Shown piece by piece: positions 50,886 to 64,000 of a stretch of DNA of 64,000 nucleotides. Under the pieces are notes generated by a model. The model saw only the letters and a list, made by a program, of their open reading frames with translations. It did not search any database and had not been told where the DNA came from. Source of the DNA: Eledone cirrhosa (Eukaryota); contig OZ024745.1 of the NCBI GenBank assembly GCA_964016885.1, positions 4,464,001-4,528,000 on the forward strand. The letters run 5' to 3'. Made by a program: the position numbers and the translations under genes. Position 1 is the stretch's first letter; every line of letters begins with the position of its first letter.

Positions 50886-51356
50886 TATATATAGTTATAT
50901 GTATATATAATTACATACAGTGATTTAATGCTTATTTTCATTGATCATTTGCTCCAGGAACTTGTTGAGTGCTCTAAATCAGCTATATACCCTTTTCTAA
51001 TTATTTATTTATTTATTATTTGTCGTATTCCCAACTTTTATTTTTATATATATATATTATTTATGTATTTTCTTATATATATATGTGTGTGTGTATGTAT
51101 GTGTATATATGTGTGTGTATGTATATATATATATGTATATATATATATTTAAGAGTTAAACAAGGTTCATATGAATACATCTAAGAATGAGTTTTACACA
51201 CATACATATGTGTGTCTATGTATTTGTATGTATGTGTTTGTGTATATGTATATATATATATATAGTAGTAATAATAAATTTGAAGACTAAAATCCAAAGA
51301 GGGCTCGATAAGGATAAATATATATCAAATATATAAGAACCGTAGAGCAAATATTT

Positions 51357-53511
51357 ATTAAAATAACAGATTAAAGTTTAAGCAAAGAATCGCTGCTTTC
51401 ACCCTCAACGGGATCTTCTGAAACTAACAAAGTCAATCTGTAAACGCAGAAGTGGATATTTCAAAAAACGTTGCAACCGGAGGAAGACAGGAAGACAATA
51501 CTTTGGTTCGTGGAAACGTTCCCTGGCAAAGAACGGGAAAAACGAATATAATACGTCATTAATAGGAGCGGTGAAAAACAATTACGCGCAAAGACAGAAC
51601 CACATTTATGGTATAAAAGAGGTCGTAGACTAATGGTCTCTTAGGTGGTTCATAGAGACGTTCTCTGGCAATGAACGAAAAAAACGAAGATAATACGTCA
51701 TATGTGGAGCGTGGAGAACAATAGCACGCAAAGACAAAACCACGTAAATGGTATAGCAGAAGTCGTAGACTAAAATTCTAACTAGGAGACCGAATGAATC
51801 TCCGCTACAGAGTTAAGAACAAAGTAAATAAATACAATACAGAAGTAATAGAAATAAATAAATACATACACGCAAACAAATACGTACATACACAAGCATA
51901 CGCAAAACACTTACCATAGGTATACAAAGCCACGCACATATAAATATGTGTGTGTGTATATGCGTGTATACAAATAAATAAATAATTATATAAACGTATA
52001 TAAATAAATAAATACGTATATAACAAGCGCACACACATACCTACATGTAAATACATGAAGTACACATATACACACACCCTACATACGTACGAACCTGCAT
52101 ACTCACACAGACGCAAAACTCCCGTATACACAAGGCCAAACCATATGTACCAGAATATATAAAATTATACGCCATAACATAAACAATCAAATATACGTAC
52201 GAGAAGGTATACGTACCTTCACAAAACATACGGGTAATATATACTTACCTATGCAAATAAGTAATGGTATAAACAAAACATATACTTAGCTCCTACATCA
52301 AGACGTAAAATATCTACGTATAGATCGTACTATCCGTTAGGGTATAACGTGGGGCTGTAATACAGGAAAGTTTTGTGCAATTTATGTTTACAAGCCGAAA
52401 TTGCCTCAGATTTTTTGTTTAAGATGTATTGTTTAAGAGTATTTCCAGGGCCTCAGCGGCGCAGAGGTCACATGGTCTTTTATTTCCGTTATACGATCTA
52501 GCCCTAGCTAGGATCTCCCAGTGTAACTTATATTAGGTGTGGTTGTCTTTTAGACTCCAGATATAAGCTGAAAGTGACGTCATATTCCTTCTAGAGGGTA
52601 ACGAAAAGAATGGGTATGCATGTAAAGACGCTGCTTGAATCTATTGGAGGTTAACCCTATGTAGGCCCTACGGGACGTGGGTGTTACAACCTTACATTTG
52701 TAGACAATGTTACTAGAGAGGCATTTCCCGGATAGGGGGCAATCAACCCGATTCCTACAATTACAGTTAGTACTAACTACAGGGTTGCACGTGTTCCTAC
52801 GGCTAGGTAGTTAAGCTAAATTTGAAGCTGTGATGTTATGTGCAAGGTTAGGAGTCGTAGAGTAAGACATTTTAATAGTATTTCTATTAAAAATTTTACT
52901 ATATTTATGTGTAGGGGGAAAATGCTTCGTAATAAGGGAAAGAAAGATCTTAGCTAATGGTGTGGCCACCTCCATATTATATGGTGGGTTATACCAACAA
53001 ATGCGACGGGATCTATTTCTTCTAGGTCTATTTTCGTACTCTGTATATGCTACCTTATCGACAAATCCACTTCGAGCAAGAGCTTCATTGTAATAAGTGG
53101 AATGGTCGTTGAAAATACGCTCGTTAGTAGATAGACGGGAAAGCCTCAACGAAACGTTTCTTAGCAGGTTCTTGGTTATGCTGGCAGGATGGTTGGAATG
53201 CTTACTTATGTAATTAAGCGTATCATTCGGCTTTCTATACGGGTAATACAACCCATTCAATAAATTGAGGGTAACCTCGAGGTAATTAACGACCGAGAGA
53301 TTGGCCTCCTATTAATGACGTATTATATTCGTTTTTTCCCGTTCTTTGCCAGCGAACGTTTCCACGAACCAAAGTATCGTCTTCCTGTCTTCCTCCGGTT
53401 GCAACGTTTTTTGAAATATCCAGTTCTGCGTTTACAGATTGACTTTGTTAGTTTCAGAAGATCCCGTTAAGGGTGAAAGCAGCGATTCTTTGCTTAAACT
53501 TTAATATGTTA

Positions 53512-53519
<8 letters not shown>
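51357..53519 (-). mobile_element. 5'-truncated Penelope-like retroelement (Neptune type) with an inverted ~210-bp terminal repeat
   Basis: Minus-strand RT thumb (YRKP...HSNHP...WYNPPY...KIFNRNTIKMSYS), Cys linker CNCRNRVDCPLSGKC, and GIY-YIG motif IVYKC...AYIGLT...FKQR, then CDLC and LNKKSE..CKH. Stops and frameshifts are present. 51357-51568 is inverted at 53306-53519 and followed by (TA)n. Confidence 0.9.
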
Positions 53520-53562
<43 letters not shown>

Positions 53563-53572
<10 letters not shown>

Positions 53573-54682
53573 GAGAGGTATAGAGATTGTTTTAGCAAGA
53601 AGCTAACGGCATTCTATAACATATATGCGACTATAACGTCAAGATGGGAAAAGTAGTTAACGAAAGATTTAGGAAAAATAACTCAAACTCATCTCAAAAG
53701 AGAATCAGGATATAAATTCATCCACAGAATTTAGTGAAATCCAGGGAAAAATCTATAGACCTTTAACTCATGATAAAATAAAGTTTGAAACACTTATCCT
53801 TCAATTTGGAATAACATCAAATGCTCTGTATAGTCTTAAAAGACTATTTCATGAAAACTTTCAGTGGAGATGGTCACGGTTGGATTTCATTCATCAGCAG
53901 AGCTCAACAGAAAACCAGGGCTCTCACAGTAATATAATCCGAAAAAGGGAATTCTAAAACTGGCTAGTTCGCCTTCATGTGTAATTATGAAAAAGCACAT
54001 GAGGAAAAAACGGGGCTAGTGACGTCAGGATGGAAGTGAATGTTTATTTACAAGAAATAGCAGTCAAATACATTCTGAAAAAAACTCTACAAAAGGAGTT
54101 CAGCAAAATAGCAATAATTATCACAGTTTTTATGAAAAAAACCGGGATTAGTCACAGATAGTTTAAGCACTCTAGGAAAAGAATCCGAGTATAAATATAA
54201 ATGAGAGGTATAGAGATTGTTTTAGCAAGAAGCTAACGGCATTCTATAACATATATGCGACTATAACGTCAAGATGGGAAAAGTAGTTAACGAAAGATTT
54301 AGGAAAAATAACTCAAACTCATCTCAAAAGAGAATCAGGATATAAATTCATCCACAGAATTTAGTGAAATCCAGGGAAAAATCTATAGACCTTTAACTCA
54401 TGATAAAATAAAGTTTGAAACACTTATCCTTCAATTTGGAATAACATCAAATGCTCTGTATAGTCTTAAAAGACTATTTCATGAAAACTTTCAGTGGAGA
54501 TGGTCACGGTTGGATTTCATTCATCAGCAGAGCTCAACAGAAAACCAGGGCTCTCACAGTAATATAATCCGAAAAAACGAAGGATATGTGGTAAGGAACC
54601 AGGTGGACCATAACGCACCAAAGCACTCAATACTTAGGGTAGTAGAGTGGGTAATAGGAACAAGTAAGACCCCTTACTTGTT

Positions 54683-54687
<5 letters not shown>
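53563..54687. mobile_element. Repeat element with a ~384-bp direct duplication (53563-53946 = 54193-54576) and a terminal 15-bp hairpin, embedded in (TA)n
   Basis: Apparently identical copies at a 630-bp offset; hairpin ATAGGAACAAGTAAG-ACCC-CTTACTTGTTCCTAT at 54654-54687. Confidence 0.7.
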
Positions 54688-54722
<35 letters not shown>

Positions 54723-55220
54723 GTATATATGTATATATGTATATATGTGTATGTGTGTATGTATATGTGTATGTGTATGTATGTGTATATGTATATGTAT
54801 ATGTATATGTATGTGTATGTGTGTATGTATTTATTTTTATGTATGTATGTGTATGTGCAATTGTGTGTGTGCGTATGTAGGTGTGTGTACATATATCTAT
54901 ATTTGTGCATGCGTATGTATGCGTGTATATATGTGTGTATGTATGTGTGTGTATGTACGTGTGTATATATGTATGATTGTGTGTATGTATGTATATGTGT
55001 GTGTGTGTATATATATATATATATGCATGTGTGTGTGTGCGTGTTTGTGTATTTGTGTGTATGTGTATGTATGGATATGTTGATAATTATGTGTGTATGT
55101 ATGTATGTGTATATGTATGCGTATGTATATATATACATATACATGTATGTGTATATATGTGTATGTATATATGTGTGTGTATGTAATTGTGTGTGTGTGT
55201 GTATGTGTGCATGTGTGTTT
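54686..55220. repeat. Compound (TA)n/(TG)n/(TATG)n microsatellite
   Basis: Low-complexity alternating purine-pyrimidine tract; similar tracts at 50580-50790, 51040-51265, 53517-53567 and 55404-55463. Confidence 0.95.
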
Positions 55221-55400
55221 ATTTTTCCTTTCCTTCTTCCTTTTCCAGCCTCACTTTCATATAGATTATATTTTTGTTTTTAAAATCCAATGTCAATAAA
55301 TACACCAGGATTTTTTTCGTTCTGATGATTGAAAGCAAAATTTGTTTGCTTTTAAGAAACCACTGGTAAATGAAATAATTGCCTTATGTTGTTTATTACA

Positions 55401-55469
<69 letters not shown>

Positions 55470-55581
55470 CATGTGCCATATAAGAGATAACTCGGAAAAG
55501 ACAACATTGATGTTCTAGCTAATCTAGGACCTGAAGCCATTTTAGTAGTTCATGTGAATATCTCATCAAAGTAACGGAGTC

Positions 55582-58500
55582 GTTAGAACATCGTAGTATT
55601 TGGCTCTCTTCTCTCTCAGAACATCGTGGTATTTGGCTCTCTTCTCTCTCAGAACACCGTGTTATCTGGCACTCTTCTCTCTCAGAACATCGTGGTATTT
55701 GGCTCTCTTCTCTCTCAGAACACCGTGTTATCTGGCACTCTTCTCTCTCAGAACATCGTGTTATATGGCACTCTTCTCTCTCAGAACATCGTGGTATTTG
55801 GCTCTCTTCTCTCTCAGAACACCGTGTTATCTGGCACTCTTCTCTCTCAGAACATCGTGGTATTTGGCTCTCTTCTCTCTCAGAACACCGTGTTATCTGG
55901 CACTCTTCTCTCTCAGAACATCGTGTTATATGGCACTCTCTCTCTCAGAACACCGTGTTATCTGGCTCTCTTCTCTCTCAGAACACGGTGTTATATGGCA
56001 CTCTTCTCTCTCAGAACATCGTGGTATTTGGCTCTCTTCCCTCTCAGAACACCGTGGTATCTGGCTCTCTTCTTTCTTAGAACATCGTGGCATTTGGCTA
56101 TCTTCTCTCTCAGAAAATCGTGGTATTTGGCACTCTTCTCTCTCAGAACATCGTGGTATTTGGCTCTCTTCTCTCTTAGAACATCGTGGTATTTGGCTCT
56201 CTTCTCACTTAGAAAATCGTGGTATTTGGCACTCTTCTCTCTCAGAACATCGTGGTATTTGGCTCTCTTCTCTCTCAGAACATCGTGGTATTTGGCTCTC
56301 TTCTCTCTCAGAACATCGTGGTATTTGGCTCTCTTCTCTCTTAGAAAATCGTGGTATTTGGCACTCTTCTCTCTCAGAACATCGTGGTATTTGGCTCTCT
56401 TCTCTCTCAGAAATCGTGGTATTTGGCTCTCTTCTCTCTCAGAAAATCGTGGTATTTGGCTCTCTTCTCCCTCAGTTAGAACATCCTGGTATTTGGCTCT
56501 CTTCTCTCTCAGAACATCGTGGTATTTGGCTCTCTTCTCTCTCAGTTAGAACATCCTGGTATTTGGCTCTCTTCTCTCTCAGTTAGAACATCCTGGTATT
56601 TGGCTCTCTTCTCTCTCAGTTAGAACATCCTGGTATTTGGCTCTCTTCTCTCTCAGTTAGAACATCCTGGTATTTGGCTCTCTTCTCTCTCAGAACATCG
56701 TGGTATTTGGCTCTCTTCTCTCTCAGTTAGAACGTCGTAGTATTTGGCTCTCTTCTGTCTCAGAACATCGTGGTATTTGGCTCTCTTCTCTCTCAGTTAG
56801 AACATCCTGGTATTTGGCTCTCTTCTCTCTCAGTTAGAACATCCTGGTATTTGGCTCTCTTCTCTCTCAGAACATCGTGGTAATTGGCTCTCTTCTCTCT
56901 CAGTTAGAACATCCTGGTATTTGGCTCTCTTCTCTCTCAGTTAGAACATCCTGGTATTTGGCTCTCTTCTCTCTCAGAACATCGTGGTATTTGGCTCTCT
57001 TCTCTCTCAGTTAGAACATCCTGGTATTTAGCTCTCTTCTCTCTCAGTTAGAACATCCTGGTATTTGGCTCTCTTCTCTCTCAGTTAGAACATCGTGGTA
57101 TTTGGCTCTCTTCTATCTCAGTTAGAACATCCTGGTATTTGGCTCTCTTCTCTCTCAAAACATCGTGGTATTTGGCTCTCTTCTCTCTCAGTTAGAACAT
57201 CGTAGTATTTGGCTCTCTTCTGTCTCAGAACATCGTGGTATTTGGCTCTCTTCTCTCTCAGTTAGAACATCGTGGTATTTGGCTCTATTCTCTCTCAGTT
57301 AGAACATCGTGGTATTTGGCTCTCTTCTCTCTCAAAACATCGTGGTATTTGGCTCTCTTCTCTCTCAGTTAGAACATCGTAGTATTTGGCTCTCTTCTGT
57401 CTCAGAACATCGTGGTATTTGGCTCTCTTCTCTCTCAAAACATCGTGGTATTTGGCTCTCTTCTCTCTCAAAACATCGTGGTATTTGGCTCTCTTCTCTC
57501 TCAGTTAGAACATCGTAGTATTTGGCTCTCTTCTGTCTCAGAACATCGTGGTATTTGGCTCTCTTCTCTCTCAGTTAGAACATCGTGGTATTTGGCTCTA
57601 TTCTCTCTCAGTTAGAACATCGTGGTATCTGGCTCTCTTCTCTCTCAGAACATCGTGGTATTTGGCTCTTTTCTCTCTCAGAACATCGTGGTATTTGGTT
57701 CTCTTCTCTCTCAGAAAATCGTGGTATTTGGCTCTCTTCACTCTCAGTTAGAACATCGTGGCATTTGGCTCTTTTCTCTCTCAGAACATCGTGGTATCTG
57801 GCACTCTTCTCTCTCAGAAAATCGTGGTATTTGGCTCTCTTCACTCTCAGTTAGAACATCGTGGCATTTGGCTCTTTTCTCTCTCAGAACATCGTGGTAT
57901 CTGGCACTCTTCTCTCTCATAAAATCGTGGTATTTGGCTCTCTTCACTCTCAGTTAGAACATCGTGGCATTTGGCTCTCTTCTCTCTCAGAAAACCGTGG
58001 TATTTGGCTCTCTTCTCTCTCAGAACATCGTGGTATTTGGCTCTTTTCTCTCTCAGAACATCGTGGTATTTGGCTCTTTTCTCTCTCAGTTAGAACATCG
58101 TGGCATTTGGCTCTCTTCTCTCTCTGAACACCGTGGTATCTGGCTCTCTTCTTTCTTAGAACATCGTGGCATTTGGCTCTCTTCTCTCTCAGAACACCGT
58201 GGTATCTGGCTCTCTTCATTCTTAGAACATCGTGGTATCTGGCTCTCTTCTTTCTTAGAACATCGTGGCATTTGGCTCTCTTCTCTCTCAGAACACCGTG
58301 GTATCTGGCTCTCTTCATTCTTAGAACATCGTGGTATTTGGCTCTCTTCTCTCTTAGAACATCGTGGTATTTGGCATTCTTCTCTCTCAGAACATCGTGG
58401 TATTTGGCTCTCTTCTATCTCAGTGAGAACATCGTGGTATTTGGCTCTCTTCTCTCGCAGAACATCGTGGTATCTGGCTCCCTTCTCTTTTAGGAGATCG

Positions 58501-61500
58501 TGGTACTTGGCTCTATTCTCTCTCAGTTAGAACATCGTGGTATTTGGCTCTCTTCTGTCTCAGAACATCGTGGTATTTGGCTCTCTTCTCTCTCAGAACA
58601 TCGTGGTATTTGGCTCTCTTCTCTCTCAGAACATCGTGGTATTTGGCTCTCTTCTCTCTCAGTTAGAACATCGTAGTATTTGGCTCTCTTCTGTCTCAGA
58701 ACATCGTGGTATTTGGCTCTCTTCTCTCTCAGTTAGAATATCCTGGTATTTGGCTCTCTTCCATCACAGAACATCGTGGTATTTGGCTCTCTTCTCTCTC
58801 AGTTAGAACGTCCTGGTATTTGGCTCTCTTCTCTCTCAGATCATCGTGGTATTTGGCTCTCTTCTCTCTCAGTTAGAACATCGTAGTATTTGGCTCTCTT
58901 CTGTCTCAGAACATCGTGGTATTTGGCTCTCTTCTCTCTCAGTTAGAACTCCGTGGTATCTGGGTCTCTTCTCTCTCAGAACATCGTGGTATTTGGCTCT
59001 CTTCTCTCCCAGAACATCGTGGTATTTGGCTCTCTTCACTCCAAGTTAGAACATCGTGGCATTTGGCTCTCTTCTCTCTCAGAACATCGTGGTATCTGGC
59101 TCTCTTCTCTCTTAGAACATCGTGGTATTTGGCTCTCTTCTCTCCCAGTTAGAAGATCGAGGTATATGGCTCTCTTCTCTCTCAGAATATCGTGGTATTT
59201 GGCTCTCTTCTCTCTCAGTTAGAAAATCGTGGTATTTGGCTCTCTTCTCTCTCAGAACATCGTGGTATCTGGCTCTCTTCTCTCTCAGAACATCGTGGTA
59301 TTTGGCTCTATTCTCTCTCAGTTAGAACATCGTGGTATTTGGCTCTCTTCTCTCTCAGAACATCGTGGTATCTGGCTCTCTTCTCTCTCAGTCAGAACAT
59401 CGTGGTATCTGGCTCTCTTCTCTCTCAGAACATCGTGGTATTTGGCTCTTTTCTCTCTCAGAACATCGTGGTATTTGGCACTCTTCTCTCTCAGAAAATC
59501 GTGGTATTTGGCTCTCTTCACTCTCAGTTAGAACATCGTGGCATTTGGCTCTTTTCTCTCTCAGAACATCGTGGTATCTGGCACTCTTCTCTCTCAAAAA
59601 ATCGTGGTATTTGGCTCTCTTCACTCTCAGTTAGAACATCGTGGCATTTGGCTCTCTTCTCTCTCAGAAAATCGTGGTATTTGGCTCTTTTCTCTCTCAG
59701 AACATCGTGGTATTTGGCTCTTTTCTCTCTCAGTTAGAACATCGTGGCATTTGGCTCTCTTCTCTCTCTGAACACCGTGGTATCTGGCTCTCTTCTTTCT
59801 TAGAACATCGTGGCATTTGGCTCTCTTCTCTCTCAGAACACCGTGGTATCTGGCTCTCTTCATTCTTAGAACATCGTGGCATTTGGCTCTCTTCTCTCTT
59901 AGAACATCGTGGTATTTGGCTCTCTTCTCTCTCAGAACATCGTGGTATTTGGCTCTCTTCTATCTCAGTGAGAACATCGTGGTATTTGGCTCTCTTCTCT
60001 CTCAGAACAACGTGGTATCTGGCTCCCTTCTCTTTTAGGAGATCGTGGTATTTGGCTCTATTCTCTCTCAGTTAGAACATCGTGGTATTTGGCACTCTTC
60101 TGTCTCAGAACATCGTGGTATTTGGCTCTCTTCTCTCTCAGAACATCGTGGTATTTGGCTCTCTTCTCTCTCAGAACATCGTGGTATTTGGCTCTCTTCT
60201 CTCTCAGTTAGAACATCGTAGTATTTGGCTCTCTTCTGTCTCAGAACACCGTGGTATCTGGCTCTCTTCTTTCTTAGAACATCGTGGCATTTGGCTCTCT
60301 TCTCTCTCAGAACACCGTGGTATCTGGCTCTCTTCATTCTTAGAACATCGTGGCATTTGGCTCTCTTCTCTCTTAGAACATCGTGGTATTTGGCTCTCTT
60401 CTCTCTCAGAACATCGTGGTATTTGGCTCTCTTCAATCTCAGTGAGAACATCGTGGTATTTGGCTCTCTTCTCTCTCAGAACAACGTGGTATCTGGCTCT
60501 CTTCTCTTTTAGGAGATCGTGGTATTTGGCTCTATTCTCTCTCAGTTAGAACATCGTGGTATTTGGCACTCTTCTGTCTCAGAACATCGTGGTATTTGGC
60601 TCTCTTCTCTCTCAGAACATCGTGGTATTTGGCCCTCTTCTCTCTCAGAACATCGTGGTATTTGGCTCTCTTCTCTCTCAGTTAGAACATCGTAGTATTT
60701 GGCTCTCTTCTGTCTCAGAACATCGTGGTATTTGGCTCTCTTCTCTCTCAGTTAGAACTCCGTGGTATCTGGGTCTCTTCTCTCTCAGAACATCGTGGTA
60801 TTTGGGTCTCTTCTCTCTCAGAACATCGTGGTATTTGGCTCTCTTCACTCCAAGTTAGAACATCGTGGCATTTGGCTCTCTTCTCTCTCAGAACATCGTG
60901 GTATCTGGCTCTCTTCTCTCTTAGAACATCGTGGTATTTGGCTCTCTTCTCTCTCAGTTATAACATCGTGGTATCTGGCTCTCTTCCCTCTTAGAACATC
61001 GTGGTATTTGGCTCTCTTCTCTTTTAGAACATCGTGGTATTTGGCTCTCTTCTCTTTTAGAACATCGTGGTATTTGGCTCTCTTCTCTCTCAGAACATCG
61101 TGGTATTTGGCTCTCTTCTCTCTCAGTGAGAACATCGTGGTATCTGGCTCTCTTCTCTCTTAGAACATCGTGGTATCTGGCTATCTTCTCTCTCAGAACA
61201 TCGTGGTATTTGGCTCTCTTCTCTCTCAGTTAGAACATCGGGTATCTGGCTCTCTTCTCTCTCAGAACATCGTGGTATTTGGCTCTCTTCTCTCTCAGTT
61301 AGAACATCGTGGTATCTGGCTCTCTTCTCACTCAGAACATCGTGGTATTTGGCTCTTTTCTCTCTCAGAACATCGTGGTATTTGGCTCTCTTCTCTCTCA
61401 GTTAGAACATCGTGGTATCTGGCTCTCTTCTCTCTCAGAACATCGTGGTATCTGGCTATCTTCTCTCACAGAACATCGTGGTATTTGGCTCTCTTCTCTC

Positions 61501-64000
61501 TCAGTTAGAACATCGTGGTATCTGGCTCTCTTCTCTCTCAGAACATCGTGGTATTTGGCTCTCTTCTCTCTCAGTTAGAACATCGTGGTATCTGGCTCTC
61601 TTCTCTCTCAGAACACCGTGGTATCTGGCTCTCTTCTTTCTTAGAACATCGTGGCATTTGGCTCTCTTCTCTCTCAGAACACCGTGGTATCTGGCTCTCT
61701 TCATTCTTAGAACATCGTGGTATTTGGCTCTCTTCTCTCTTAGAACATCGTGGTATTTGGCTCTCTTCTCTCTCAGAACATCGTGGTATTTGGCTCTCTT
61801 CTATCTCAGTGAGAACATCGTGGTATTTGGCTCTCTTCTCTCTCAGAACACCGTGGTATCTGGCTCTCTTCTCTTTAGGGAGATCGTGGTATTTGGCTCT
61901 ATTCTCTCTCAGTTAGAATATCGTGGTATTTGGCTCTCTTCTGTCTCAGAACATCGTGGTATTTGGCTCTCTTCTCTCTCAGAACATCGTGGTATTTGGC
62001 TCTCTTCTCTCTCAGAACATCGTGGTATTTGGCTCTCTTCCCTCTCAGTTAGAACATCGTAGTATTTGGCTCTCTTCTGTCTCAGAACATCGTGGTATTT
62101 GGCTCTCTTCTCTCTCAGAACACCGTGTTATCTGGCACTCTTCTCTCTCAGAACATCGTGTTATATGGCACTCTCTCTCTCAGAACACCGTGTTATCTGG
62201 CTCTCTTCTCTCTCAGAACACGGTGTTATATGGCACTCTTCTCTCTCAGAACATCGTGGTATTTGGCTCTCTTCTCTCTCAGAACACCGTGGTATCTGGC
62301 TCTCTTCTTTCTTAGAACATCGTGGCATTTGGCTATCTTCTCTCTCAGAAAATCGTGGTATTTGGCACTCTTCTCTCTCAGAACATCGTGGTATTTGGCT
62401 CTCTTCTCTCTTACAACATCGTGGTATTTGGCTCTCTTCTCACTTAGAAAATCGTGGTATTTGGCACTCTTCTCTCTCAGAACATCGTGGTATTTGGCTC
62501 TCTTCTCTCTCAGAACATCGTGGTATTTGGCTCTCTTCTCTCTCAGAACATCGTGGTATTTGGCTCTCTTCTCTCTTAGAAAATCGTGGTATTTGGCACT
62601 CTTCTCTCTCAGAACATCGTGGTATTTGGCTCTCTTCTCTCTCAGAAATCGTGGTATTTGGCTCTCTTCTCTCTCAGAAAATCGTGGTATTTGGCTCTCT
62701 TCTCCCTCAGTTAGAACATCCTGGTATTTGGCTCTCTTCTCTCTCAGTTAGAACATCGTGGTATTTGGCTCTCTTCTCTCTCAGTTAGAACATCCTGGTA
62801 TTTGGCTCTCTTCTCTCTCAGAACATCGTGGTATTTGGCTCTCTTCTCTCTCAGTTAGAACATCGTAGTATTTGGCTCTCTTCTGTCTCAGAACATCGTG
62901 GTATTTGGCTCTCTTCTCTCTCAGTTAGAACATCCTGGTATTTGGCTCTCTTCTCTCTCAGTTAGAACATCCTGGTATTTGGCTCTCTTCTCTCTCAGTT
63001 AGAACATCGTGGTATTTGGCTCTCTTCTCTCTCAGTTAGAACATCCTGGTATTTGGCTCTCTTCTCTCTCAGAACATCGTGGTATTTGGCTCTCTTCTCT
63101 CTCAGTTAGAACATCGTAGTATTTGGCTCTCTTCTGTCTCAGAACATCGTGGTATTTGGCTCTCTTCTCTCTCAGTTAGAACATCCTGGTATTTGGCTCT
63201 CTTCTCTCTCAGTTAGAACATCCTGGTATTTGGCTCTCTTCTCTCTCAGAACATCGTGGTATTTGGCTCTCTTCTCTCTCAGTTAGAACATCCTGGTATT
63301 TGGCTCTCTTCTTTCTCAGTTAGAACATCCTGGTATTTGGCTCTCTTCTCTCTCAGTTAGAACATCGTGGTATTTGGCTCTCTTCTCTCTCAGTTAGAAC
63401 ATCCTGGTATTTGGCTCTCTTCTCTCTCAAAACATCGTGGTATTTGGCTCTCTTCTCTCTCAGTTAGAACATCGTAGTATTTGGCTCTCTTCTGTCTCAG
63501 AACATCGTGGTATTTGGCTCTCTTCTCTCTCAGTTAGAACATCGTGGTATTTGGCTCTATTCTCTCTCAGTTAGAACATCGTGGTATTTGGCTCTCTTCT
63601 CTCTCAGAACATCGTGGTATCTGGCTCTCTTCTCTCTCAGTCAGAACATCGTGGTATCTGGCTCTCTTCTCTCTCAGAACATCGTGGTATTTGTCTCTTT
63701 TCTCTCTCAGAACATCGTGGTATTTGGCTCTCTTCTCTCTCTCAGAAAATCGTGGTATTTGGCTCTCTTCACTCTCAGTTAGAACATCGTGGCATTTGGC
63801 TCTTTTCTCTCTCAGAACATCGTGGTATCTGGCACTCTTCTCTCTCAGAAAATCGTGGTATTTGGCTCTCTTCACTCTCAGTTAGAACATCGTGGCATTT
63901 GGCTCTTTTCTCTCTCAGAACATCTTGGTATCTGGCACTCTTCTCCCTCATAAAATCGTGGTATTTGGCTCTCTTCACTCTCAGTTAGAACATCGTGGCA
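55582..64000 (+). repeat. 33/37-bp tandem satellite, consensus AGAACATCGTGGTATTTGGCTCTCTTCTCTCTC with optional AGTT, open at the right window edge
   Basis: Continuous periodicity with two unit lengths; the ORFs here are repeat artefacts. Confidence 0.98.

Noticed and set aside
53450-53495. Hammerhead in the Neptune element repeat (CAGAAGA-TCCC..GGGT-GAAA)
   Set aside because: The core reads CAGAAGA rather than CUGANGA in both copies, and no stem I or III pairing was found; at most a relic
54510-55299. Cys/Val/Tyr/Met-rich ORFs (also at 50515-52229)
   Set aside because: Translations of TA/TG microsatellite and low-complexity sequence
55600-63988. Repetitive ORFs (LALFSLRTSWY, EHRGIWLSSLS and similar)
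   Set aside because: Artefacts of a 33-bp unit; frames shift at every 37-bp unit and there is no sign of coding constraint

Overview
AT-rich eukaryotic genomic DNA. The repeat families look cephalopod, most likely Octopus (inference). The one supportable host gene is NSA2, a ribosome biogenesis factor on the + strand with 10 coding exons (26890-47425). Its exons splice GT-AG into 783 nt (260 aa plus stop). It lies between two large satellites: a 39-bp array (1-22840, containing a 200-N gap) and a 33/37-bp array (55582 to window end). All long ORFs in these arrays are repeat artefacts. Introns and flanks carry tRNA-derived SINEs (several with clean target-site duplications), RTE-tailed SINEs, decayed RTE-type and Tx1-type LINEs, a Tc1/mariner relic, a MITE, a non-autonomous Helitron and Penelope-like elements. 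Most notable: (1) both large satellites and one minisatellite appear to be amplified pieces of a tRNA-SINE head; (2) an ORF-less inverted-repeat element in NSA2 intron 1 carries two intact minimal hammerhead ribozymes; (3) a duplicated hammerhead-like motif of type III topology lies near 54 kb; (4) a retroposon insertion duplicated the end of NSA2 exon 8. No prokaryotic features or CRISPR arrays. All alignments were made by eye.
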